Shown: positions 24,792 through 37,057 of the stretch, in pieces
Position numbering within the stretch: the stretch's first letter is position 1
Layout of the letters: each line of letters opens with the position of its first letter
Assembly (NCBI RefSeq): GCF_006345805.1
Contig: NW_021833050.1
Coordinates: 28,740 to 92,739, forward strand
Origin: Octopus sinensis
Taxonomy: Eukaryota
Direction: 5' to 3'
Length of the DNA stretch: 64,000 nucleotides
Made by a program: the position numbers and the translations under genes
The notes under the pieces: generated by a model
What the model saw: the letters and a program-made list of their open reading frames with translations, nothing else
Database searches by the model: none
What the model was told of the DNA's origin: nothing

Positions 24792-25851
24792 TTAAACAAT
24801 TGTTTTAAAACTTGACACAAACTCACCAGAAACTGTCCCTGGTTTTATGATACAAATCACTTGTTTTAAAATGATCGTTAATTAAAACCTTCCATCATAA
24901 TCTCATGTTAATTTATATTTCAAATACTAGCTTAATAACAACAAAACCATTTTACTAAAGTTTTTATTAGTTTCAAAATCAATTAAGACAAAATCAGCAT
25001 TTCAGCAGAAATATGGTAATGAAAGATATATGTATGTATGTATATATATATATCACACACACATACTACAAACAGACTATACATGCAGTTATATATGTGT
25101 ATGATGTTCTTTATTTTATTAAAAAAAATTCACTCAGTCCACTTATGCATACCTTTCCTTCTTGGGACAAGACCTGTTGAGGCAGGTGAGAATCAGAATC
25201 AAAATTGAAATCGATCAACATCAATGGAAAATGTAGCTGTGATACCAGTGCCGGTGGCACATAAGCAAACCATACATACATGGCCGTAGTCAGCTCCGTC
25301 CCGATGGGCCTCTGTGCCAGTGGCATGTAAAAAGCACCATCCGATCCTGGCAACGGCCACCCATGCTGGTGGTATGTAAAAAGCACCATCCCATTGTAGC
25401 AACAGCCACCTATGCTGGTGGCACATAAAAAGCACCATCCAACTGTGGCCGTTTGCCAGCCTCATCTGGCACCTGTGCCAGTGGCACGTAAAAAGCACCT
25501 ACTACACTCACGGAGTGGTTGGCATTAGGAAGGGCATCCAGCCGTAGAAACATTGCCAGATCAGACTGGGCCTGGTGCAGCCTCCTGGCTTCCCAGACCC
25601 CACCTGAACCATCCAACCCATGCTAGCATGGAAAACGGACGCTAAATGATGATGATGTTAGTGTATACATCGTCTTCTTGATGAAGTCTTTGTGGAAATT
25701 CACTTCCATGTCTGTGTGTTCAAATCTATAAACATGGATGTGTACATCTGTGCATATGTATGTCAGTCTGTATACATGAGTATAAATGTGAGCTTATTAT
25801 GTAGAGCATTATACACATTTTACATATAGCTCTATATTTAAGAGATTAGGA

Positions 25852-26270
25852 ATTATGTACATTGTTTACATTCAACGGATATTTCTCCTCATCTTGTTTG
25901 TTGTTAACACAACGTTTCGGCTGATATACCCTCCAGCCTTCATCAGGTGTCTTGGGGAAATTTCAAACCTGGGTTCTCATTCCTAAGGTATTTTTCAATG
26001 TTATTATTATTGTTATCATCATCATCATCATCATTATTATATGCCCACGGGCATATGGCGTAGTGGTTAAGATTCCGAGTTTGATTCCAGGCAATGACCT
26101 GAATAATAATAACAATAATAACATTGAAAAACACTGTAGGAATGAGAACCCAGGTTCGAAATTTCCCCAAGACACCCGATGAAGGCTGGAGGGTATATCA
26201 GTCAAAATGTTGTGTTAACAAAAAACAAGAGGACAAATATCCATCAAATGTAAATAATGTACATTTACAT
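25852..26270. mobile_element. Inverted pair of Penelope-like pseudo-LTR fragments
   Basis: 25852-26010 and 26100-26270 are inverted copies around an (ATT/ATC)n spacer. The + arm carries a decayed hammerhead core (CCGATGA...CAAAATGT). Confidence 0.55.
25906..25953 (-). ncRNA. Minimal (dimer-dependent) type I hammerhead fold
   Basis: GACAC-CUGAUGA-A-GGCUG(N10)CAGCC-GAA-ACGU-U-GUGUU: 5-bp stem I, 5-bp stem II and a loopless palindromic stem III. Confidence 0.6.
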
Positions 26271-26542
26271 ATATTAACCATAAATGTCTTGGAAAAATAA
26301 AATATACATGCAGCAGAATTTATTTGCATCATCAACCTCCGATGGTCTCTCCAAGTTGTCTCTGCTTTGCAGAATTGATGATAAAAGGAAGTTTCAACAT
26401 CAAAATACACACAAGTGTATATACGCCTACTCATTAATGTATGAGCACACAATTTTGTGTATGTGTGAATATAACTGTGTATGTATGTATGTGTGTGTAT
26501 GTATGTATATATAAACATATATATACATACAAGAATAACTTC

Positions 26543-26637
26543 GGTAATTTGGTACGATCGTTTCATGCTACATCATTTTATTAAATGTTGTAAGTATTAC
26601 AACAGTTTTAAAATGCTGAGCACTCATCAGCCATTAA
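26543..26637 (-). ncRNA. Type I hammerhead ribozyme fold (Penelope-like element type)
   Basis: CUGAUGA at 26630-26624; long stem II (GUGCU/AGCAU plus extension); GAAA; palindromic stem III ACGAUCGU; GUA triplet; stem I pairing (UGG/CCA plus extension). Predicted cut between 26553 and 26552. Folded by eye. Confidence 0.7.
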
Positions 26638-26692
26638 TAAAGGATTTCCATTATTTTCATTGATATGAAAATCATGTATTAATGGAAAACCT

Positions 26693-26789
26693 CTATAATT
26701 GGCTGATGAGTGCTCAGCATTTTAAAACTGTTGTAATACTTACAACATTTAATAAAATGATGTAGCGTGAAACGATCGTAGCAAATTAC
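26693..26789 (+). ncRNA. Mirror-image hammerhead ribozyme fold
   Basis: CTGATGA 26703-26709, GAAA 26769-26772, ACGATCGT 26772-26779, A17 at 26780. It has a G.G mismatch at the first stem I pair, so it is probably impaired. Confidence 0.55.
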
Positions 26790-27581
26790 CGAAGTTATTC
26801 TTGTTGCTTATTCTGATTATATATATATATATATATATATACATATATATAAAATACTTCAGTTAAGTGGATGTAGGGTGAGGAACTCAAAAAGAAAAAC
26901 AAAAAAACATTTTCACTGTGATATATGTGGTATATCATTCTAGTCTTTATGGTTGATAAATGTAGTCATACAGGAGAAAACCCATCCACTGTGATATACA
27001 GAAAAGCCTATTATTAAGGGCCACTGAAAAACACACAAATACAGGGCAAAAAAACCCCTTCCACTGTGAATTATGTGAGAAATCACTTATTATCTCATCA
27101 TCACTTAACACCAGGGTGATGTCCTAGTTTAACGTTCAATTTAATCAAGGGAAACATTAACATTAAGTGAAAAAGCTGAGAACCACTGATCTAATGCAAA
27201 CTTTTCTCAGGGGCCCATGGCCCTTCAAATTTTATCGTGGATCCCTGATATACTACTTTGTTATGTTGTCCCCTATAAAATCTTATATGAAATTTCAGGG
27301 TCTCTATGGACCTAGTTGAGAACCGCCGCTGGTTTAACATTTAAACCAGCTATGGCAGTGCCCCAGCATGGCCTCAGGTAAAAGGTAATATCTGAACCAA
27401 ATAGTCAACTTGTTTTATGTTCAAACTGACCACATCTGGCCTCTCACACCCACCCAACAATGTCATTCAAAGATGAATGGTGGTGGGGAAATGAACAGAA
27501 AATACACACACAGTTTATTAACTAAATTCGCTCACAAGGCATTGGTCAGCCTGGAGATATTGTGGAAGATACTAGGCGAAA

Positions 27582-28219
27582 CTTTTCGGTTTGAAGGGCA
27601 GTTTTTAACATTTAATTTCTAGGTAACTAAAAAATTTTAAACTTCGCATACTGGTAGAATGTGTTTATAAAACATCTTTTTCTCTTGGCTTTATTGAGAA
27701 AATTGTATAGTTTGTAAGATATTTGTTGTTTTTTTTCTGCAATTTCAACCAATCACTGATGTCTATTGAGGTAAAAAAAACATTCTGTGCCGTATGAATA
27801 TGTCCCACGGGATCTTTTCGGTTTGAACGGCAGTTTTTAACATAATTTCTAGGTAACTAAAAAATTTTAAACTTCGCATACTGGTAGAATGTGTTTATAA
27901 AACATCTTTTTTTCTTGGCTTTATTGAGAAAATTCTATAGTTTGTAAGATATTTGTTGTTTTTTTTTCTTCAATTTCTGCAATTTCAACCAATCACTGAC
28001 GTCTATTGATGTAAAAAAAAATATTCTGTGCCGTATGAATATGTCCCTCGTTTAAGAAACAGATTGGGTTTATTTACATTTGTGAAGAAAAAAAGATACC
28101 CTTCCCCCCACCCCTAAAACAGATTGAAATGCAATAGATCGATACAAGTGTCATAATTATGGGTGACAATTTCATATGACAACCCTAGAAAAAAACTGCC
28201 GTTCAAACCGAAAAGATCC
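27582..28219. mobile_element. Composite MITE family E
   Basis: Partial unit, TIR restart at 27810, closing TIR at 28219. Confidence 0.85.
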
Positions 28220-28462
28220 TACTTGCCCAAGGTACTAAACTGGAAGCAAACTTCTTAAACATGCTTGTACCACGACTATACATACATATATATATAAGTG
28301 TGTGTGTGCATGTATAATAGTCGTTGGTTATGACAGGGCAGTTATGGGGTTGATAGATCGAGATAGATTAACGATTGTTTTTATGCTTAGTTACAATAAA
28401 AAAAAATTACATTAATTTGATGGGTTACGCTACACTGTTGTAGAATACAAATTTATTTTTAA

Positions 28463-28683
28463 CCCTTTAGGGTTCACATTATTCTGCCAAAATTAATCCT
28501 TTTTCATCCACATTGTTTTGAACTAATCATGAATTATCTTGTAGTTATGAGATTTTGATGAGGTAGCTGTTGATTTTTAAAACGATATTGTAGGGTTGGT
28601 GTGAGAGACCAGATCTGGCCAGTTTGAACATAAAACAGGCAGAATACTTTTGGCCGGATATGGCCGGTTTGAATGCTAAAGGG
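28463..28683. mobile_element. piggyBac-like MITE (221 bp)
   Basis: TTAA|CCCTTTAG...CTAAAGGG|TTAA, with TTAA target duplication. Confidence 0.8.
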
Positions 28684-28879
28684 TTAAACAAGAATGTTGT
28701 TGACAATGACTTCAAAGTTACAATCAACAACATTCAAGTTAACATTTATGCTAGAAACAGCAGTTAAGATTATAATTGTAAAGAACCAGTAAAGAAGGAA
28801 CAGTTTAAGTCAAGTGAGCTGTCTCTTGTGGGACGAAACTGAAAGAATGTTAAGCTCTCCACAAGAAATAGAAGATTAA

Positions 28880-28885
28880 TTTATT
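28880..28885 (-). terminator. Candidate polyadenylation signal (AATAAA) of Tim8
   Basis: AATAAA on the minus strand about 150 nt after the stop codon. Confidence 0.45.
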
Positions 28886-29037
28886 TTATGAACGAAAACC
28901 AAAACATTACCACCTTTACGTATGTTTGCGGTTCTACGTAAAAAGCTCTATCACTTCGTCTACAAAGGCACCTTCGCCATATCCTTTACCCTCCTCATAA
29001 TTTTCATCACCAACACCATCATTCACTATCATCGCCG

Positions 29038-29301
29038 TCACAACATCAGTTCATCATCATCTGGTCCCGTCACCTGGACACTTTCCAGTCGGTTGACCAC
29101 AAAATTGGTTGTGTCAATGAAACGTTCCACACAGTTGGCGATGCATGACTCGGTGCGACTGTCCAACTTCTGTCCTGTCTTGTCCACGCATATGTCCCAA
29201 CACTGCTCGTTCAGGGTGTGCACCAGCTGCTGGAATTTCTGCTTCTGGGTTTCAATCTCTAGGAACTGCTGCACGCGCGCATCCTTCAAGACGCTCGACA
29301 T
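29038..29301 (-). CDS. TIMM8: Mitochondrial intermembrane-space small Tim chaperone Tim8 (87 aa)
   Basis: Intact ORF with twin CX3C motifs (CWDIC, CIANC), plus [18 protein letters not shown] and CVERFIDTT typical of Tim8/DDP. GC-rich with CpGs retained. Confidence 0.95.
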   Translation of the reverse strand: MSSVLKDARVQQFLEIETQKQKFQQLVHTLNEQCWDICVDKTGQKLDSRTESCIANCVERFIDTTNFVVNRLESVQVTGPDDDELML

Positions 29302-30850
29302 CGTGCGAAGGAGAGATCGGTAGAGGTGGTCGCGGGTTCAAAGTGTGATATGTCCAAGGTTTGCAAACTGAAAGAAATAGAAAATTGTTCATGTGGTGAT
29401 GTATGTATGCGACATTATATACTCTTTTACTTGTTTCAGTCATTTGACTGCGGCCATGCTGGAGCACCGCCTTTAGTCGAGCAAATCGACCCCGGGACTT
29501 ATTCTTTGTAAGCTCAGTACTTATTCTATCGGTCTCTTTTGCCGAACCGCTAAGTGACGGGGACGTAAACACACCAGCATTGGTTGTCAAGCAATGCTAG
29601 GGGGACAAACACAGACACACAAACACATACACACACACATATATATATATATATATACATATATACGACAGGCTTCTTTCAGTTTCCGTCTACCAAATCC
29701 ACACACAAGGCATTGGTCGGCCCGGGGCTATAGCAGAAGACACTTGCCCAAGATGCCACGCAGTGGGACTGAACTCGGAACCATGTGGTTGGTTAGCAAG
29801 CTACTTACCACACAGCCACTCCTGTGCCAGATTATACATATATATATATATTTCTTTACTGCCCAGAAGGGGCTAAACATAGAGGGGACAAACAAGGACA
29901 GACGAAGGGATTGAGTCGATTATATCGACCCCAGTACGAAACTGGTATTTTATTTATTGACCCCGAAAGGATGAAAGGCAAAGTTGACCTCGGTGGAATT
30001 TGAACTCAGAACGTAACGACAGACCGCTAAGCATTTCGCCCGGCGCACTAACGTTTCTGCAAGCTCGCCGCCTATATATATACATATAGGCGCAGGAGTG
30101 GCTGTGTGGTAAGTAGCTTGTTTACCAACCACATGGTTCCGGGTTCAGTCCCACTGTGTGGCACCTTGGGAAAGTGTCTTCTACTAAAGCCTCGGGCCGA
30201 CCAAAGCCTTGTGAGTGGATTTGGTAGATGGAAACTGAAAGAATTCCGTCGTATATATGTATATGTATGTATATATATATATATATATAGATATATATAT
30301 GCGTGTGTGTGTTTGTTCCCCTAGCATTGCTTGACAACCGATGCTGGTGTGTTTACGTCCCCGGCAAAAGTGACTGATAGAATAAGTACTGGGCTTACAA
30401 AAGAATAAGTCCCGGGGTCGAGTTGCTCGATTAAAAGGCGGTGCTCCAGCATGGCCGCAGTCAAATGACTGAAACAAGTAAACAAGTAGATTTCGGCATG
30501 TAAAAGCCCCATTCAAAGAAGGTTTAAGTAATACAAAGTAATTAAGGGTTTAGCAACGATTTGCCTCACCACACACCGAATTTAGAAATAGCAGTCAAAG
30601 AGTTTTGGCTATTCTTTCTACTTAAAAGGGGGAGATCCCAGTAAAACACCACAGCACTTAAAAGGCAAACAACGGAGGCAAATAGGAAAGAAATGACCTT
30701 AATCATTCTATATTAATGTAGAATGATTATCGTCATTTCTTTCTCTTTAGAATAGCCAAAACTCTTTGACTGCTATTTCTAAATTCGGTGTGTGGTGAGG
30801 CAAATCGTTGCTAAACCCTTAATTACTTAGTATATATATATATATATAGG

Positions 30851-31023
30851 TACTATTTAAGAAGAATGGTCCCGGTGTGCGCACTTGTGACTAGTCGATC
30901 CTATAACGACTACCAAGCAAAGTAAATAAAACACAAAAACGCAAAATAAGGATCGACTAGTCATGACTAGCTAGTGCCGACACGCGAGTGCGCGCACCGG
31001 CACCACTCTTCATATATAGTACC
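30851..31023. mobile_element. Small MITE-like fold-back in (TA)n
   Basis: TACTAT...GGTGTGCGCACTTGTGACTAGTCGATCCT is mirrored by AGGATCGACTAGTCA...GTGCGCGCACC...ATAGTA. Confidence 0.6.
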
Positions 31024-31054
<31 letters not shown>

Positions 31055-31101
31055 GTAAAAAAAACATAGAATCGAAAGAAGCACACTATGATGTAGAACG
31101 G

Positions 31102-31157
<56 letters not shown>

Positions 31158-31286
31158 GATGATGATGCAAAGAGGAAAAATAGAAATCAACAAAATATTA
31201 GTGTATGTATAGTTTTCTATTTGAGCGTAGTGTGTAGAGGTAAAATAGTATAATATATATATATATATATATATCTTATAGTTCAC

Positions 31287-31440
31287 CTTTTAGCGATCTG
31301 TTCTGTTCTGTGAATGACCCTTAAGTCCTCATCCGAGCAGGTGCCCTTCGCCGAATACGAAACTGTGAATGAAGTATATTCAGTGACATCTGGCGTATAA
31401 ACGATAAAATCAAGTCCAATAACTCTTGGTCGACAAACGG
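31287..31440 (-). other. TIMM8: Putative non-coding first exon of Tim8 (5' boundary unknown)
   Basis: Minus-strand donor AAAAG|GTGAAC at 31287/31286, and acceptor TTTTCTATTTCTTTCAG ending at 29368, 66 nt before the ATG. Both sites have counterparts in the duplicated copy. Confidence 0.55.
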
Positions 31441-31491
31441 TTTACTGAGCTTCTTTTACTTCCAGTTATTAATATCCCGAGTGCGGAATCG

Positions 31492-32329
31492 GGATCTTTT
31501 CGGTTTGAACGGCAGTTTTTAATATAATCTCTAGGTAACTAAAAAAAGGCGATCTTTCGTCTCTAGTAGACCTTTCCGTCGATTTCCGTAAAAAAAATTT
31601 TTTTTTTTTACATATGGGCTTGCGGGAACTTTTGAAGTAATATACATACATATACACATACACCGAGTAAAAAATTTCAGTTATCTCTTTCTTTCACACA
31701 TTACTCTGTCTCTTCACACACACTAACAGAAGCACTTCACTTACACAACATACTGTCTGTCCCCCACACCCCATCAAACACACACACACACATACACACA
31801 TGTACATCAATGCTCCCCTGGACGGTAACTTCAAAAGAACTTCCCTCGTCATACAATCGCTTTCTCTTAGTCTCTTTCGCTCTCATTACTTCAAAAGTTC
31901 CCGCAAGCCCATATGTAAAAAATAAATTTTTTACGGAAATCGACGGAAAGGTCTACTAGAGACGAAAGATTGCCGTAAACTGGTAGAATGTGTTTATAAA
32001 ACATCTTTTTCTCTTGGCTTTATTGAGAAAATTCTATAGTTTGTAAGATATTTGTTGTTTTTTCTTCAATATCTGCAATTTCAACCAATTACTGACGTCT
32101 ATTGAGGTAAAAAAAACAAAACATTCTGTGCCGTATGAATATGTCCCTCGTTTAAGAAACAGATTGAGTTTATTTACATTTCTGAAGAAAAAAAGATACC
32201 CTTCCCCCACCCCTAACCCTAACCCTAAAACAGATTGAAATGCAATAGATCGATACTAGGGTCATAATTATGGGTGACAATTTCATAGGACACCGCTAGA
32301 AAAAACTGCCGTTCAAACCGAAAAGATCC
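31492..32329. mobile_element. MITE family E interrupted by a second MITE
   Basis: Both TIRs are intact (31492 and 32329), with a nested element at 31548-31974. Confidence 0.85.
31548..31974. mobile_element. Nested MITE with ~90-bp terminal inverted repeats
   Basis: GGCGATCTTTCGTCTCTAGTAGACC...GAAGTAAT is mirrored by ATTACTTC...GGTCTACTAGAGACGAAAGATTGCC. No TSD is visible. Confidence 0.8.
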
Positions 32330-35063
32330 AATATCACCGCTTTTATTAGTTATCTCCCCTTTAATATTTATCTTCTTGTTTTATGTAAACTGACCAATTA
32401 CCCAGAATCGAAATCTCCATAGACGAAAACGTGGTTTTCTGGTTAAAAAAAAAGTGGGAGGGAGTGGGTTATGTTACCCCCCCCCCCCCGACCAAAAGAA
32501 TAACAGCCTTCACTTCACACTCCAAAGTAGGAAACGTAAACATGTCCAGCTTGTCCACACAACTGCACCGAAACAACTACAATTCTGGCTGAAGCGGGCC
32601 GATGTATGGTTTGCAGGACAATCTTTATATATAAAAGTGAGGTTGTGTGTCTGTCTCCTACGATTTAGATTCCTAACTACTCCCACATTTTGCAGTGCAG
32701 TTTAACCAAAACCGCGTATCTTATAGTCGTGATTCATATCGAGCCCTTCTGGGTATTTCTTTCTTCTATCTCATTTTCCCATTCCTGCTTTCATTTCGCC
32801 GTTAATACCTTAAATCAGTGCTTTTCAAACTTTTTGCTGGAGTGGAACCCCAAGGAAGCATTCCACTGGCTCGAGGAATGTGTGTATATTCTCTACCTAC
32901 GCCAGAAACAAAAAGGAAGGTTACCTACCAGGGGTCACTAATGCTAGCATCCTATCCCTGTGCAATAATTTAATAGTCTTATGCACACATATCTGCACAG
33001 GAGTCTTTAAAATTACTGGTGATTTTAGCAGTTTTGTAACTTCTTGCGGAACCCCTGGACTGTACTGGCAGAACCCTGGTTGAAAACCACTGCCTTAAAT
33101 GTTTATTTACTAATCAGCTTGTGTGTTTCACCCGTCGCTACGTTCTGAGTTCAAACTCCGTGCGAGGTTCACTTTTCCTTACATGCTTTTTGGGTCGATA
33201 AACTAAGTACCAGTCAAACACTGGGGTCGATGCAATCGACTAATTTCCTATCCCCCAAAATTTCCTACCTTGTGCTGTTAGTGGAAAGGATTGAAAAGGC
33301 GGCAAGCTGGCAGAATCGTTAGCGCGCCAAATGAAATGCTTAGTGGTATTACGCCTGTAGCGACGTTCTGAGATCAAATTCCGCCGAGGTTGCCCTCAGC
33401 AGAATTTGAACTCAGAACGTCAAGTCGGACGAAATACCGCTACGCATTCCGTCCGGCGTGCTAACGACCGTGCCAGCTTGCCGCCTTAAATAAAGACTAT
33501 AAAAATAGCATATAAATATTAAGTTAAAAAAAAAAAGAAGAAAAATTGAATGCTGTCCGTGGAACTAGAACCCGCATCGCCTTTAGACATAAGAGATATT
33601 GGATCTTTTCCTTTTGAACGGCAGTTTTCAACACAATTTCTAGTTAACTTTAACACTTTAAAACTTCGTATACTGGTAGAATGTGTCAAACCAAGTAAAT
33701 AAATGAGACACATAACAGTAGTTTTTACAGGTTTTTATTCTCAATTACAAATCAGGAAAACTGGTAGAAATGAAATACAAACATTAATTCCAATTTAATT
33801 TTACAGGTGAAATATTTGTAATTATTAGATTCTATTTATTTCTGAAATTTCACTGCAAACAACAACAACATACTTTTCCTTTTTTATTTTGCTCAGTTTT
33901 ACAGAGAAAGCATTTACAGTCATAAACTCGCTTTATACTTGCAATAATGTAAAGCCATCATCATCATCATCGTTTAACGTCCGCTTTCCATGCTAGCATG
34001 GGTTGGACGGTTCAACTGGGGTCTGGCAAGCTCGAAGGCTGCACCAGGCCAGTCAGATCTGGCAGTGTTTCTACAGCTGGATGCCCTTCCTAACGCCAAC
34101 CACTCCGAGAGTGTAGTGGGTGTTTTTATGTGCCACCGACACAGGTGCCAGACGAGGCTGGCGAACGGCCATGCTCGGATGGTGTTACGTGCCCTCAGCA
34201 CGGAGGCCAGTCGATGCGGTACTGCCTATGGTCACGTTCGGATGGTTTTCTTGTGCCACCGGCACTGGTACCACAAGGATACAAATTCCATTGATGTTCA
34301 TCGTGATTATAAAAGATAATTTTGTTTGTAAATGTTATCCCAAGGTGATCTTATGGTCTTACGGCTATATTTATAGGCACATCATCATCATTCTTCAATA
34401 TCCATGGGTTAGATGCTTTGACCAGGGCAGGCAAGCCAGGAACCGCACCTGGTTCCAGTCTGATTTGGTTTGGCTTCTACTGCTGGATGACCTTCCTAAT
34501 ATGCCAACCACTTATATTGATTATCAGTTGCAGAAACAATCATTAATAGATTAAAGAAATACCGCAAAAGAAAATTGAAATGTAACCTAATCATATGGCG
34601 TAGGAGTGGCTGTGTGGTAAGTAGCTTGTTTACCAACCACATGGTTCCAGGTTCAGTCCCACTGCATGGCACCTTGGCCAAGTGTCTTCTACTATAGCCT
34701 TGGGCTGACTAAAACCTTGTGAGTGGATTTGGCAGACGGAAACTGAAAGAAGCCCGTCATATATATGTATATATATATGTTTGTGTGTCTGTGTTTGTCC
34801 CCCTAGCATTGCTTGACAACCGATGCTGGTGTGTTTATGCCCCCGTTAATTAGCGGTTCGGCAAAAGAGACCGATAGAATAAGTACTGAGCTTACAAAGA
34901 ATAAGTCCTGGGGTCGATTTGCTCGACTAAAGGCGGTGCTCCAGCATGGCCGCAGTCAAATGACTGAAACGATTAACAGAGTAAAAAGAGTATTCTTCTT
35001 CATTATTATAGCTGTTGTTTCCAGCAGCACCAATACTCACTACAATCATCATCATCATCGTCA

Positions 35064-35331
35064 TTACAACATCAGTTCATCTTTGGCTCGGCCATCTCCT
35101 GGACACTTTCCAATCGGTTGAGTATGAAATCAGCCATATCAATGAAACATTCCGCACAGTTGGCGATGCGTAACTCGGCTTGACCGTCCGGCCCCTGCCT
35201 AGTCCTGTCCACACACGTACGTCCCATCGTTGCTCATTCAGGTTGTGAATCAGCGGCTGGAACTTCTGCTTTTGTGGTTAGATCCTCGGGATCTGCTGCA
35301 CGCATGCATCCTTCAAGATGTTCGACATCAT
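35064..35331 (-). pseudogene. TIMM8: Tim8 pseudogene (tandem duplicate)
   Basis: Aligns end to end with 29038-29301 (MSNILKDACVQQ...). It has an in-frame TAA at 35280-35278, a +2 frameshift after WD and a -1 frameshift near the end, and three of the four cysteines are lost or disrupted. Confidence 0.9.
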
Positions 35332-36255
35332 AAGGAAGCGAGATTGGTGGAAATTCATGTGATTTCAAGTGAGACGTGGCCAGTTTGCAGACTGAAAGAA
35401 ATTGAAAAAAAAGAGTTATTGTGAAGAAAATATGTTTGGTTCGATTTTATACACACACACACTGCCATTTCACTGGAATCATTCATTGATTCATATGGTA
35501 AATACTATTATATATATTTCTTTACTACCCACAAGGGGCTAAACATAGAGGGGACAAACAAGGACAGACAAAGGGATTAAGTCGATTATATCGACCCCAG
35601 TGCGTAACTGGTACTTTATTTATCGACCCCGAAAGGATGAAAGGCTAAGTTAACCTCGGCGGAATTTGAACTCGGAACGTAACGACAGACGAAATACGGC
35701 TGCGCATTTCGCCCGGCCTGCTAATGTTTCTGCCAGCTCGCTGCTGTAAATACTATTATATACTGACAGTCAGGATTTAACCAGCGGCCACGATCAGACT
35801 GGTGCTTTCTACATGCCACCGGCACAGAAGCCAGTCAAGGCGGCGCTGGCATGGAAGCCAGTCAAGGCGGCGCTGGCATTGACCACATTCGGATGGTTCA
35901 TTTTATATGCCGCCAGCTCAGAAGCCAGTCAAGGCAGCGCTGGCATCGGCCACGTTTGGATGGTGCTTTTTACATGCCACCGGCCCAGGGATCACAACTA
36001 CAGTTTCCATTGATTTTTGATGTTGGTGTACTTGACTCAATGGATCTCCTCAAGCACAGGGTCGAAATGGTGTTTCTTTACTTGCCCCCCGCACAGGAGT
36101 CAGTCCAGCGGCCCTGGCAGGCAACTGCCAGGTGCCAGTCATAGGATTGGTTTCAAAACTAGGTGAACAAATAAGCATTACATTTGACAGAATAATTTGA
36201 ACGTTAACGGGTTCATATATATTGCACACTTCAAAAACGACACTTTATATTAAAA

Positions 36256-37057
36256 CTAGCAGTATCGCCCGGCGTTGCTTGGGTTTGTAAGGGAAATAAC
36301 TATATAAGCATCTTTAGAGATGTAAAGTATAATAGCCATCTCAATGTGGTTAACCACAAAGGGGGGGGGGGGTGTTACTGTAGCTTTTTACGTTCTGAGA
36401 TTTAATAATACATTTTTAGAGAGTTACTTCCCTTATATAAACCGAGCGAAAATGCATTAAAAATACGGAAAAATAATGGTAAATTTTTTTTAAAATCATA
36501 GACTCATCGTAGACGCGCGCTAATACCCAGAAGGGCTCGATATGAATGACGACTATAAGATACCTGGTTTTGGTTAAACTGCACCGCAAAATGTGGGAGT
36601 AGTTAGGAATCTAAATCGTAGGAGACTGACACACAACTTGACTTTTATATATAAAGAAGACTAGCAGTATCACCCGGCGTTGCTTGGGTTTGTAAGGGAA
36701 ATAACTATATAAGCATTTTTAGAGAGTTATAGCCAAAAAATAGCAAAAAAATGCATTAAAATGGAAAAAAAAGTGATGGTAAATTTTTTTTTAAATCGTT
36801 GACTCATCGTAGACATTTTTAGAGAGTTACTTCCCTTACATTAAAAAAATATGCATTAAAATGGAAAAAAATGATGGTAAATTATTTTAAAATTGTAGAC
36901 TGATCGTAGACGCGTGCTAATACCCAGAAGGGCTTGATATGAATCACGACTATAAGATACCCGGGCTTGGTTAAACTGCACCGCAAAATGTGGGCGTAGT
37001 TAGGAATCTAAATCCTAGGAGACAGACAGCACACAACCTCTCTTTTATATATAAAGA
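36256..37057 (-). mobile_element. Two head-to-tail non-autonomous Helitrons
   Basis: Copies at 36256-36657 and 36661-37057, each TC...hairpin-CTAG on the minus strand. Same family as 5725-6223; a 5' fragment also lies at 32622-32756. Confidence 0.8.

Noticed and set aside
19378-29038. PDZD11-TIMM8 adjacency as conserved synteny (both human genes are X-linked, from memory)
   Set aside because: They are far apart in human and a two-gene coincidence is uninformative without a genome-wide synteny test.
35064-35331. Idea that the Tim8 pseudogene is a retrocopy of an A-to-I hyper-edited mRNA
   Set aside because: My codon-by-codon comparison shows G>A, C>T and T>C changes alongside A>G, with no clear A>G excess, and intron splice sites are retained.
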